Source: Antedon mediterranea
Lineage: Eukaryota; Animalia; Echinodermata
Direction: 5' to 3'
Length of the DNA stretch: 64,000 nucleotides
NCBI RefSeq assembly: GCF_964355755.1
Contig: NC_092676.1
Coordinates: forward strand, 7,107,888 to 7,171,887
The translations under genes and the position numbers were made by a program. Under the pieces are notes generated by a model, which searched no databases, was not told where the DNA came from, and worked only from the letters and a program-made list of their open reading frames with translations. Below are positions 1 to 12,606 of this stretch, in pieces; position 1 is the first letter of the stretch; every line of letters starts with the position of its first letter.

Positions 1-318
1 CAACATAAGCAAATGCACTTCCAATAATTGTGTTTGTCCCCATCTGCGTGAAATCAAACCTGTGATTTTCGCAGCACTATTGCGTTGTCCGTTCCCACTT
101 GTGATTACGTTATACATCACTTTGCGTCAATACGTCGCTAACTACTGAGTCCCTATCCCCTCCCACCCAAGACGAGTTTGACCGGATTGAAGAGCAAGCA
201 ACATATGCAATAAAAATTAAACAATTTTTTCATGAATTATATGTACTGTAGATTTCCAATCCAAGCAAATAAGGTACCGTAATCCATAAACTATAATTAT
301 AACCATGTTCCATTTTAG

Positions 319-3300
319 AATTACGGAGATTCAAGGTAGTTACCCAAAAGGAATGCGCGTTGAATACGTCAGTGGTTATGGACCGAATAATGCAATCGTC
401 AAAGTTAGAGTCACGTTTAGACCTATGAAGGAGAGAACCTATGTATACAGCTTTACCGCTACGGACAACAATGGGTAAGTCTCGTCAAAACAAGTTCATA
501 CTTCTTTACGTATTCTTTCTTTTCTTTCTTTTATTTACCCAAAAATATAAACATAAATAAAAGATAAAATTTCAAGGGAAGGGCTGAAAAATAGGGTAAA
601 AAAAATAAATTTCAGCCCCTAAATATTGAAAATTAAATAGTCAGATAAAAGGGCAACCTTTCTAAAAATATACATAATATAATATACATAAAAACCTTTT
701 TTTTCAAATAAACTTTCTCTCAAATATATAATTATTTTTTAGAAATAAATAAATATCTTAAACAAACAAATAAAAATCTTTAAACATCTGGAATATCATT
801 TCACAGGTTTCCGCCGCAATACCTGATTTTTTCTTGTCTGTGAACTTTTTGAATAATGAATTATTGTATAAAATAAATTTGTTGTCTCCAGAAATTTACC
901 ATTATACTATCATGAACAAATAAATAGTTAAATACTGATATTGCTGATAATTCATTATAATTAATGAGATATTTTGTTTATATTTGATACGACATTTATT
1001 AATTAAGGATCTTTTCAATGTAGGGTGCAGAGTAATCCGACTTCAGGACTTTTGAGAGTATCATGTAAGTTTTGATGTAACTAACCTTTCTGTTTTACGT
1101 TAATTAAATTAATCTTATCGAAATTGTATATAGGCCTATTGTTTGAATGTTTTACGAAGGAACGAAATCAAATGTTGATTTTGTGGTACACCAAGTTTAT
1201 ATAGTTCTGAAAAGAGTTTCTATCTCTTTTTATACTATAACGTGGTGTACCGCAACATTACTTATCATATTATTACAATAATAAATTTGGTTTGTTTTAA
1301 ATATAATTACCATGCGGATTAAAATGATTAAACAATTATTTAATGTTGACTGCAAACGGGATTCTTTTTTAAATTTCAATATTTTGCACAGAGACGCCTC
1401 ACAAAGATAAACCACCTTAGCTTCAAGGTGCCTCAGATGCAATTATTAAACATATACACCAATCAAATCTTGAAAAATAAAAAATGGCTGTACATAATAC
1501 AAAAATTAAACATTTTCACATTTTCAGATCCAAAAATTAAAAAAATCACTTACAAATTTAAAATTATTTATCTTTATTTTTCTCTCATAAATCTAGGCCT
1601 ATTGCATAACTCACAAAAGCCTACACTCATCACTCTTCATCTTTTTATTTCTTTATACACATAGCAAAGTTTTTTCAACAAGTCGCTCCTGAACCACCAG
1701 CCATCTTACCACACTTGTCAACACCAGCAATTAACACAGTCTACGACGGCAACGAAGATATGTGGATACTTAAGTTTGATTCTCCGGTAGGCCTAAATCG
1801 TCTTATCTATTTTAATGCAAAGTTACATGGAACAAGGCCAACAGCCATTAAGTCGCGTGCTACAATGCATAATGATAACGGACCGACAGACAGACCGACA
1901 GACAGACCGACAGACAGACCGACCGACATAGTGAACTATAGTCGCGTCCACGCGACTAAAAAGGCATAATTTTGACGAATTTTTTAAACTTTTTCATCAA
2001 AAACGTGCGCAAATTATCCAATTCGACGTGCTCGTATGACGTAATTTTAAGTCGAAATTGTTTAAAAGATGGTAAAATTATTAGAAAAGGCTGCAAAAAC
2101 ATAAATCACGCGAAAAAAGTATGTATTTTACGCTACGTGCGCACCACGCGCGTAAAAATTTGCGCGCGTATGGGAATTTTTGACATGCTCAAAATGACAA
2201 GAAACGCGTAGAAAGTTGATTAAAAATGAATTTTGCGCATTTTAAAATTTTAAATGCGCGTGCGCGCGTAACTTTGTGGCTTTGTGACTCATGGCAATTT
2301 TGTAAACGCTTAAAATTGCCTGAAACGTACTCTTATTTCATCGAAAATAAATTTTGAAAATTTTAAGCGCGCGTACGCATGCGTTACATGCGCTACGCAC
2401 GTAATTGTATTGCCATATGATGATTTATGCCCTGATTTATGAGTACCAAATTTTATTTAATTGTGATTCATGGTTGTGAAGATATGATTACAAACGTGAT
2501 TTCGTTAAATCGTGCGTAGACCGCGTCATTTTTTATTGCGCACCGTGAAAACATAACCACATCGATTCCTGGCCATAAGGAGTATACTGTGAAAAATTGA
2601 CTTAGCTAGATTAAACTGATATCAAGATAAGGTCAGAAAGCGATAAAACGCATAGTGATACCGGATCGACAGACCGACCGACAGACCGACCGACCGACCG
2701 ACATAGTGAACTATAGAGTCGCTTCCACGCGACTAAAAACCGATACATGCCATATTCCATTAGCCTTGTACATTAAAATAATGAAAGAGTCCGGTTCCCT
2801 TGCTCATTCTGCCTCCTTCATTCCAATAAATGGCAATTTGTGACGAAAAACAATCTTCCGATATCAAAGTCAATTGCAAGTTCCAGGGAACAAAATTCGG
2901 TCTTATTTACTTTGACAGGATTATAATCGAGCGTTATAAAAAATTAATATTATCCCATTATTTATCTGCGTTTGTAAGAACAAACTATTATTATAATATC
3001 TAAAAAATGTCAAATAATGTAAGAAATAAACAAGTTCAACTTTTCTCTACTGCTACTATTCGTCACGACACATACTGCTCTCTATCTCATGCCTTCCTCT
3101 CCGTTATCTAGTGACCTGTGTAGGCCAAAAGTTATCCGATAAGCCTATAGTTATCCTCTATGCCTACTGCTTATAAATAAATGTTCACCATACAGGTCAC
3201 ACGTCCAGAAAGAAAATCCTTCATCAGAATCCGAGAGATTGGTTCCAACAAAGTTATAACTAAATACAACGCACTTGATCCAAACGTAGTAAAATTCTCC

Positions 3301-6300
3301 ACAACCGATCCAACAGTCGTTCATTACCCTGCACCAGAAGGACTGGCAGGAGGCAAGGCGTATCTGGTTGATGTTGACAGAGGTTTTGGTGTCATCAATT
3401 TTAAAACACCGTGTGGAGACAGCGCCAGTGCTGCCAGTGATCACACTATCTACAGATTTGATACCGGTAAGAAATGCGTTTTACCACATTTTAAAACTTA
3501 TTTAAATTCTCGGCAAAGAATGGGAATTACTTCCATGTAGTGAAGATTATGTATTAAGAATATACTTTAAATAAAGGTGTAGCTAATAATAAAATCTAAC
3601 TTAATCAATGGCAGTTGTTCGGAAATGATAAGTTGCACATGTATAAGGGAGAGGATTTAAGTTTTACAGATGCATCACAAGAAGATTTAATGAGACGATT
3701 GGTCGTATCAGTGAGTTGTTAATTAACAATTCACTGGTCGTATGGTCCCTTGTTGCTGAAAGCAGAAAAAAGGGTAGGCCTACTTGCCAGAGGCGGAACT
3801 TTCTGTCTCAGCGTGGGTGTACACATGTACCTTCCTAGCCTTTAGTATAGCTAATAATAGCTAATAGTATAGCTAGTAACCTAAAATATCCATAGTTTCT
3901 CTAATAGTAAACTAATTTTCCTTTATTTTATTGTTAAAGTAACCCATATGCATTTTAACTGAATGTGCTGATAAATATTTGTTTCAAATCGTTATGAACT
4001 CAATTACTAACCGTTTCCGGAGATCGAAATCACTATAACTTGTTTACATTTTAATAGCAAAACCACCACAGCCAGAAGTAGAATGCGGTGACTCGTACAT
4101 TAAGGTACGCATTCCAAAATCTAAAGTCAAAAATATTCCAGCGAGTAAACTCCATCTTCACGATCCAAGATGCAAAGTTAAACAAGTCAATGCCAACTAT
4201 TATGAGATCAAGTTTGCCTATGATGAATGTGGCACGACTATTAAGGTAAGTTCACTGGTAGGCCTACACTACATTGTAGGTTTTATAAAATGTGTTGTGG
4301 CATAACGTAGAGACCTGAGGCCCCTGGTTTAGGAACCCTAAGTGACCCTCCAACGTTGGAGGCTTCGGGCGTTTTTAGCCTTTTTCGACATATTTTAATG
4401 CCTGTTTTCCTCAAGGGCCTCATAAGCTCAGGGGCCCCTGAGTTTAGCCAGTGAGCGCTCATAGACGCTACGCCACTGTCGGTGTTGCAAACCAAGGATA
4501 GTTCAGTCTTTATTTAAAGCAATTGCCTACTCAACGGGTAAGCTCAGCACATTTTTTTACAATGTAGGCTCTGATCCCCTAATCATTGCGGATCCGCATA
4601 TAGCAGAGACGATCGCTTAGTCATGCATTCCGACCGTGGATGAAAAACCATGGATTAAAGAATAGAACGCACTGTATTTTGGAATACACGGACAGCTGCA
4701 ACGTTGGCAATTAGGTCACAGTCAGTTACCCCACCTATTAGCCTACATGCCAATGTACACCAATAATACGCCCAAAAAATATCTGTTTATTAACTCTTAA
4801 ACGTTATTTATTTTTAGAAAGTTTCGAAGACAAAAACTAGATTCTTTAACACAATTCGAGACGATCCAAAACCAATATTCAAGGGGGCACCGGTGACACG
4901 TGAAAAGCACAAGATAGAAATGAAGATCATTTGTGAAATAAAAGGACTTGGTGTGTCTGATGTCTATTTCAAACCAGCTGCAGCTTTGAAACCGAAGAAG
5001 TACAAAGCTACTGGAGAGTTTCAGACTTATCTTAGAATGTATGAAGACAGCACCTTCAGCAAGCAGATCAGTGGAACTGCCGCCGTGGAACTTAAAGAGA
5101 AGTTATACTTTGCTGCGCACGCAACTACTCCTGGGAAAGAGGTTGCCATAGAAAGTTGTAGAGCAATGGCTAAGCATGGAACATGTACAGAGAATGACAA
5201 GAAGTACACTTTCATCAAAGACGGGTTTGTTTTTACATCTAAATGTTCATTCTAATTCCATAAAGTGTATTTTCTAGTAAAAAGGCGGCCTGATCTAAAG
5301 CTTGATTTCCAGTAAGAGGCAACGCAACAAATCACAAGCGATGAATTATGATGTCGCACGGTCATTGGTCAACTCGTATGTGCCGTACCGTTTGCTTAAA
5401 GATATACTGTCCCCCTAAAAACGTTTTTTTTACAAATTTTTAATAAGCCTTTTTAATGTCGCATAATAGTGATTCACTTGATCAAAAACTGGATCAACAC
5501 AAAATTATTTACCTGAAAAAATGTAATTTAAAGCAAAACAATACAAATTGTCAGACAACGGTTTTTGGTTAAAGTTAAACGTTTCTTTTGTCTTTTTATA
5601 AGTGAAATAATATTTTTTTTTCTTTACAGAAGTGAATAACTTTATTAAAACTGCAAAATGGCCTATTTAAAGTCTGATTTTATTAATCGTCATTTTCCAT
5701 GTTAAAGGGGAAAATACATCTTTAAATATATTCAATCTCCGTTTTCATCAAGTTTCTTTATTATCCTCAGGTGTGCAGTCGATTCTACGGCGTCCATTAG
5801 TTCTGATTTCACTGGCATAGGCCATAACTTCCTCATCGACTCGTTTGGATTTCTCCAATATGGTTTGACCAATGAGGTATGTATATTATGCTACAGGCAA
5901 ATTAAAGTACTTCGATTATTAATAATTAGAGAGAGTTTGTACTGTAGCCCAGACAAATTGATGATATATATAGGGTTTATACATAGGCCTAAGACTAGGC
6001 CATGATTGCGACCAAACTCATACGGAGAAGTATATGTGACGTGTATGTACCAGGTGATCGTTTTAGAGCATGCGCAGATCCAAATTGTAATAAATCTTAA
6101 TCTTTACAAACCACGAAGAGGCGAGTTAGTACACTTATTTTATTTTTTGCCGATACACGCATACATTCTTGTGATAACTTTTTTTGAAAGGGGGTGTATG
6201 TACGTGTGATGGGTATATCAATAAATTGGTAGCGTCATTTGAGGTTAACAATACACGAATATAAGGCAGACATTTAGTTTTATTCTTGTTTCATTTTTTT

Positions 6301-6460
6301 TTTATAGATCTTGGTTAAATGTAAGATGGTAACGTGCGATCCTGGGGTTAACGACTCGCGTTGCTCTGAGCTTAAACAAGGAGGATGCGTTCCTAGAAGT
6401 CGAAGAAGTTTATCATTTGAAAAGGAAACCGATGCATTTATGACATTAACAATTGAATAA
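319..6460 (+). CDS. Secreted ZP-domain protein with an upstream Ig-like module (5' part lies outside the window)
   Basis: Phase-compatible GT-AG exons 319-474, 1024-1064, 1665-1786, 3196-3466, 4058-4245, 4818-5224, 5771-5876, 6308-6460. They translate to a ZP-N pattern (VECGDSYIKVRIPK...LHLHDPRC...FAYDECGT...ICE) and a ZP-C pattern (LRMYEDSTF...ESCRA...FIKDGCAVD...IDSFGF...KCKMVTC...SRC...GC). A furin-type site (RSRR) precedes the stop at 6458-6460; there is no transmembrane segment. Confidence 0.85.
1831..2739. mobile_element. Helentron-associated non-autonomous element (HINE/DINE-1-like)
   Basis: Two direct copies of a (GACA/GACC)n microsatellite followed by catagtgaactatag and the hairpin agtcgcgtccacgcgact-aaaa (about 1880-1962 and 2667-2739). 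The internal region is rich in CGCG. Confidence 0.55.
4295..4478. mobile_element. hAT-like MITE (same family as 32604-32720)
   Basis: Termini gtggcataacg...cgctacgccactg; internal sequence (gagacctgaggccc, ggtttaggaaccctaag, gagcgctcatag) is shared with the 32604 copy. Confidence 0.65.
5400..5721. mobile_element. Kolobok-like non-autonomous DNA transposon
   Basis: TTAA on both sides (5396-5399, 5722-5725) and imperfect TIRs agatatactgtcccc / ggggaaaatacatct. Matching ends recur near 15770-15789, 39606-39624, 52677-52696 and 53869-53889. Confidence 0.65.
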
Positions 6461-7336
6461 TGGCATTTTATAATAAATAATTAAAAGTATAAAACATTTA
6501 TATCTCACAATAATAATTATGATGGCTGTTACGTTAGTTTACGTCAGAGCAATGTCTTTTCTAATATGAACTATAATATAGTTTTCTTAATATAATATTA
6601 AGCACTGATTTTAAATAAATTTGTCAATTTTTATAATTTGCACACAATTATTATATTAATAAGAAATTGAATAATATTTATATAAAGACTCATTAGATTT
6701 TTCAATTATAGTCTTTAGCCTCAATTGTTTTGTTATGAAATTATAGTTGTTGTTGCTGGTGGAATAAATACATTTATAAATAATGAATAAAAATAGTTTC
6801 TTTTTATTTAACCACAAATTTATATGTTACCGTATATCATCTAGGCCTATATAGTGGAAACACATGGGTAATATTATTAAACGAAAACGTTTGTTGTGTG
6901 CATGCGTGTAATGTTCGTGTTGAGTGCGAAAACTGGTAACCGACAAGTAACTTATAAAATGATAAAGTATATTATTACGTTTCAATTTGGTAATCGCAAA
7001 TCATTGCGATAACTTCGGCCTGAATCCTTCCTGAATAAAATATCTGTGTTTGAATTTTCCATTTTAACTATATTTTTGATAGATGATGCGGTTTTAATTA
7101 AATATGTATTTACATATCAAACATAAAATTATGCCGGAGGTTCAACCCAGTATTATTCATCACTTTTGTTGTATTTAATTGGCTCTAAAAAAAAACACAA
7201 AAAACTACAGATCTATCTATAAATAGCATATATAGGTTTATAATTCTATATAAGTTGTATACGGTATTTCACAAAATCATTCAACCTGTAAGAGTAGTCT
7301 AGTTCATTGCAGCTCAAGAGATCTAGACAATTCACC

Positions 7337-10300
7337 ATGTGGAATTTTTTAAAGAAAAAAGGTATGTACAATTTTGTTATTGTATGTTTATATTAGTATT
7401 GTATAGGTTAGTCGACCTAACATTGAAACATAGCATTATCTGCAAAAATAATAATGCGATTGGCTTCCATACTTAAAGAAGAAATTTAAAATTACGGAAA
7501 AAATTGCTAAATGTTATGATGGCTATTCTATCAAAAAGATTTTTGTATAAACACAAATATTTGTATTTTTCAGAACAACAGACAGACGGTAGGAGGAGAA
7601 GAGAAGAAAATAGGGTTTGTTTTAGAATCAACTTAAAACTAAAAAATGATAGTTAAATGTAAACAATTTGTAATAAGATCGTTTCATTGATTTTGTTATG
7701 GTTTATGTTTTTTTGTATAAGTCTCTGTAATGGATTACTTGATATAAAAAACCTAATGCGTCAATTGTATAATTGTATGGGATTTTCCATGTTTTGTAGG
7801 AGAATTGTTCATGTGTATTTTTAACGCATTGATGTATGATTGATTTATGTTGTATTTATTGTTAGGGTGTACAAAGTCCTGCGGTAAGGTCGACACAGAA
7901 AAACCAACGTGAAATAAGAAAACAACAAAGAAAACTGGTAAGTAGTATTTTATGATGACTATTTTCCATTACTAGTAAATTCAGTCAGTTCCAACACAGT
8001 TCTAACGAAATCCGACATGAAATGTTGCTTTAAACAATGTTTATCAATTGTGTCACGTCAGTAGTTTGTTTATTTGAAACATGTAACAGAGTTTTTGTAA
8101 ACAAAACTATTTTGCAGAAAAGAGAGAAACAGAGAGCAGAAAAAAGAGAAAATAGAAAGGTTGGTTACGTTTTTATTACGTAGAACTCGGAATTTGATAA
8201 TAACGCTCCATGAAATGTGTTATGGTTTAGGCATAAGCCTATGTGTTGTTTTTTGTTTTGCAAATGAAGTATTTGTGTGTTGCCTAACAATGTCGAACAT
8301 CTTAATTATCAGGTACAGAGAGACCTTAAACGTGAAATAAGGAAGCTTGAAAGAGAAGAAAGAAAAATCGTAAGTAATTCACACAGCTCCGCACCAAAGC
8401 CAATAACCACCCTTCAAACCCCTTCCTCCTCAGCTCTAACGGAACTCAACATTAATACATTGCTTGTAGATTTAATGTATCATGTGTCTATAATCTGTGT
8501 CTATTTGAAAAAATATAATTTTGTGTGTAGGCTTTTTAAAAGAGAAAAATGTAAAACTAAAATATTTGTATTTTACAGGAAAAAGAAATGCGGAGATCGG
8601 ATCGAAGAAACTATACAAAGGTTTGTTTCGTTAATCAACTAACTCAAAATAAATAGCTACATTCTGCAATTTATTTTTGTTGTACAAAGTCAACCATCCG
8701 TTATCAGTTGAATTCTTGTGAATAAATTTTCCAATCGGAGTATATTTATATTTTAAATTTTCCATTTCTGATTTAAAATTAATATTTTGATGAGATCTAA
8801 CAGTCCCAAACTAGGTTAAAGGATGATTTTCCAGTTCAGTAATATTGCCCTGTGTTCCGAACATTTAATGATGCGTGTCTCGTCAATAGGTTCTTGACGT
8901 AAATCAATATTTTGTAGAGGGGTTTTCCATGTTTATTTTTGGACCATCGATTTACTAATTGTTATGGTTAGAAGTGCCTTTATAGTCGTATTGTTCTGTC
9001 ATACTGGTAAGCATTTAATAGATAAATAATGCGTACAGTTTGTCTAATAAGTAGAAGAAACTTTAAAAAATGGCGTTCTGCAAGAAAGCGTTTGATCTTT
9101 TTTTCTTTTATTTATAAAAACAATCTCGCCAGTCAATATAAATAAATAAAATAAGTGGCATAAGGATAACTATTTATAGAGATACAGAAAAACTAAAGCT
9201 ACAGCGATAATGGATAGAAGGAAATGTTGACGCCACGTATTATGAGCTGTATTATAGGCTATTGAGAAGGAATTATATCAGAATAGGAAAATCAGCGTCT
9301 TGTATGATCTCACACCACAGAGCTTATACTGTAGACGACCGACCTTGATTGTAGACGTCTGTCACCATTACCCCTATTCCAAAATGTTGTGAATATTTCA
9401 AAAGATATTAAACCCAATGTTAGAGTATGAGTAGACCTAATTGTGTCATATTATTACTGAAGTCTCTATTTGACAAAAAAAAATCAGATGGAACGGTTAC
9501 TGAGTTTTAGCGCGACCAGCTGATAATCAATGATCAATCAGTCTTGAATGAATTCTTTATAACATAAATAATTTAAAATATTTTAATTTCAGACAAGTGC
9601 AACTTTACAACAACATCTTGTAAATTTGCTGAAAGTAAAATCAATATGTAATGCAGTGAGAGCACAGGCAAAGGTGAGTTTTATTTTTCTCTGGAAATGA
9701 TAATTGATTATTGTTGTTATACAAATTAGATATAGTTGATGCAGAGTAAACATTTTCCAGAGACTATAACCGCCTATGCTGATTTTGGTTGAAATAGTTT
9801 AGATTTCAAAACTACTTTGCTCTGTACAGTAGGCCTAAGTATTATTATAGTTTTGCGAAAATTATCAACCGGGCGTTACCAAAGTATTGAACCGACTGCA
9901 AGAAAATACTGTAAATTCACTCATCGCCGTATCCCCACCTCTTCTCTACATTGCTCTTTTTACTAAACTATTATTTTACAGGAAAACGAAAAACGGAGAG
10001 CGACAAGAAGAGGGGATAGGCCTCCTACACAGGTTTGTTCTGTGGATTATTACTGTAACTGAAAACTTTAAAAATGTGATACATTTTTTCGATCCAGAGC
10101 ATTAATATTGTTTTTGTTTTGTTGTAAATATGACTTATTTGTTTTGTTGTTGCTTAATGTCAAACATCTTAATTATCAGGTACCGTGACTTGGGGTTTTC
10201 CATGTGTATTTTTGCAACCATTGATGATTCATTGTTGGTTTAGAAGTGCCTAGTCGTGAATCATTCTTTCATATGTATTCTTTGTCTAAAAGTAGAAACC

Positions 10301-11436
10301 TTTGTGTTCTGCTAGATAACTAATATCTCACCTTCTGACGTCAGTTATGAAAAACTCACTATTTTTTTCACGTAATTTTGAATACAATTACTATTAAATA
10401 ATCATTTCAAAACAAATTTGCATAAAATAATCTAACATGATAGTTTTGTAAAATTATAAACTGGGCGTTACCAAAGTTTGAACCGACTGTGAGGAAATTC
10501 CAAAAACAGTTAACTACACGCAGATGATAACATTATTATTATTATTATATGTCAATTAACTTTGGATTATATTTAAATTTCAGCCTACAGAATCACTTGT
10601 CACATTATTGAGAAACGCATCTGAGGTAATTTAAAAACATAATATCATCATCAAATTTCTACTCTAAATCCATCAAATCTAGTCTTTTAAATATCTTACC
10701 ATTTTTTATAAAGCCGAAACAGTATATAATACCGGCTATTGAACTTGCTGCTCCGGACTGGAATTATACAATAGTATGAAAACTAGACCTTCCATTTAGA
10801 TACAGTACACTTGGCATACAAAGTGTATTCATATAGTTGTGTTACTATATTCCCTTTCTGCTTTTAGGTAATGGGTGCAATGCATAAGAAGATGCCACCT
10901 GAACAGTTGGCCAACATCATACAGGAGTTTCAGACAGAGTTCGAAAGAATCACCGAGGCACAACAATTAGGTATGTTTAATTATAATCCTGATGCTATGG
11001 TTTTATTACAGCATCGTACAGGTTAAAGCATTCATTGCATGATCAATATTCGAACTGAAGTAAATTAAAGCGACCAATATGAATTGACACGACGGGCACG
11101 AGGACTAATGGAGCGGCTGATCCAGGATGTTAAATAAGAAGAGAGGAAAAGGGCCTAAACATGATAAATAATGAATTAAATAAAGTGTTCAATTAACTCT
11201 ATCAATGTCCTATTTTAGCTTTGTAATTTCAAAATCTGAAAATGTACATTGCTTTAGGGGTCACACAATTTACGTGAATTGGAATTTGTTAGACACTAAC
11301 ACTTTTTTTTAATTAATTAATCTCATGGATTTTCTTAACTTCAATTAATTGTATTAATTTCCACATAATTTTTTTTTAAAGTCATGGTTCATTCTTAGAA
11401 GAACTTCTAGAGTCTGGAGATAAGGAGGAATGGTAA
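7337..11436 (+). CDS. Divergent CHMP2B paralogue A (about 197 aa; multiplied N-terminal exons; lacks helix 5 and MIM1)
   Basis: Exons 7337-7361 MWNFLKKK, 7574-7614 EQQTDGRRRREENR, 7866-7937 GVQSPAVRSTQKNQREIRKQQRKL, 8118-8159 KREKQRAEKRENRK, 8313-8369 VQRDLKREIRKLEREERKI, 8579-8620 EKEMRRSDRRNYTK, 9593-9673 TSATLQQHLVNLLKVKSICNAVRAQAK, 9982-10032 ENEKRRATRRGDRPPTQ, 10584-10625 PTESLVTLLRNASE, 10868-10970 VMGAMHKKMPPEQLANIIQEFQTEFERITEAQQL, 11399-11436 EELLESGDKEEW*. An alternative acceptor at 11382 gives VMVHS*. All introns are GT-AG and in frame; exons correspond to those of the CHMP2B at 27845-31888. Confidence 0.72.
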
Positions 11437-11519
11437 TTCAAGTTTCGGAACTGCTGGTAGCAATCAGAAGAAATTTAATATTATTAAATTCGATCGTCAT
11501 GCTTTATCGTGCAGCTAAT

Positions 11520-11790
11520 TATCATTTAATTAATTAATAAGTTAAAGGTGTTTTATATAAATTTTACTAAAAATGAGTATTTGAATTAAATATAATAAAT
11601 TAGGGGTGTTTTATATAATTCAGTAAAAATAAGCCTTTTAATTAATCATAAAAATTTAGGGGTGTTATATATTAAATCTAATAAATGTGGGATGTTCTAT
11701 ATAATTTCACTAAAAATGAATATTTTAATTAAATATAATGAGTTAGGTTTTTTATATAATTTCACAAACAGTGAGTATTTTAATAATATG
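11520..11790. repeat. Degenerate AT-rich minisatellite (about 55-bp unit)
   Basis: About five repeats of ggtgttttatataatttcactaaaaatgagtattttaattaaatataat. Confidence 0.6.
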
Positions 11791-12606
11791 CCTTTTTTAA
11801 CAGTTTATTTAACCATGTATTTATTTATGGTATTTAGTTATGGTATTTATTTATTCACACAATTATAAAGAATACAAGTCAAGGCCTACAAGTAAATGGT
11901 GTGTGAGGAAGACACGTCACATGGCCAGATGGCTTTAGGCTTGGTCCTCAATAAATGATATATAATATTTTGTTGAAAAGAGTTTAGCAAAGTAAATAAA
12001 GTAAATATTAAAATTGATGCAGTCTCTATATAGATGTACATTTTTTTGTAAGGGTTTGTATTTCAATTTCAATTTAATTTATTTCCACAATATTATAACA
12101 TACATACAGGATAATAACAGCAAGGAAGTAATCATGTGGGGGGAGGATCATATAAGTCAGAAAGACTTTAAGTTTGACCCACCCAAGGATATAACATTAA
12201 ATACGAATACACGAAAAAGAAAAAAATATACACATATTAACTAATAATAAATATAAGGTTCTTTAATCTAAATAATTTCCAATAAGAATTCGATTGTATA
12301 ATGTAGTTATAGCAACTAGTCAATACGATAAAAATAGACGTCCAGTAGCGATATTGATTAATACAGTTTTAACAAAAGGCATGCGTCTGATGGACGAGAA
12401 CTATAAGATGAATCATCAGTGCATTGTAGATCACATTCACACATTCTAAAAATAGTAATTACTATAAATACATTTATGTCGTAACACATAGCGTCACTAT
12501 TACGTCACAAACTCATTCAATTGTTATAATAAATAACAGTGTATGTCTAGCTTACATTCTATATCTCACAGTTTTTGCTGAACGTTTTCGGTCTAGATAA
12601 TTCAAA

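Noticed and set aside
252-273. Possible 22-nt micro-exon of the ZP gene
   Set aside because: It has AG/GT boundaries, but the following intron would be only 45 nt and the upstream context is outside the window, so it cannot be supported.
1715-2843. ORFs with PTDR/QTDR repeats
   Set aside because: These are translations of the (GACA/GACC)n microsatellite in a Helentron-associated element. Only 1665-1786 is a true exon.
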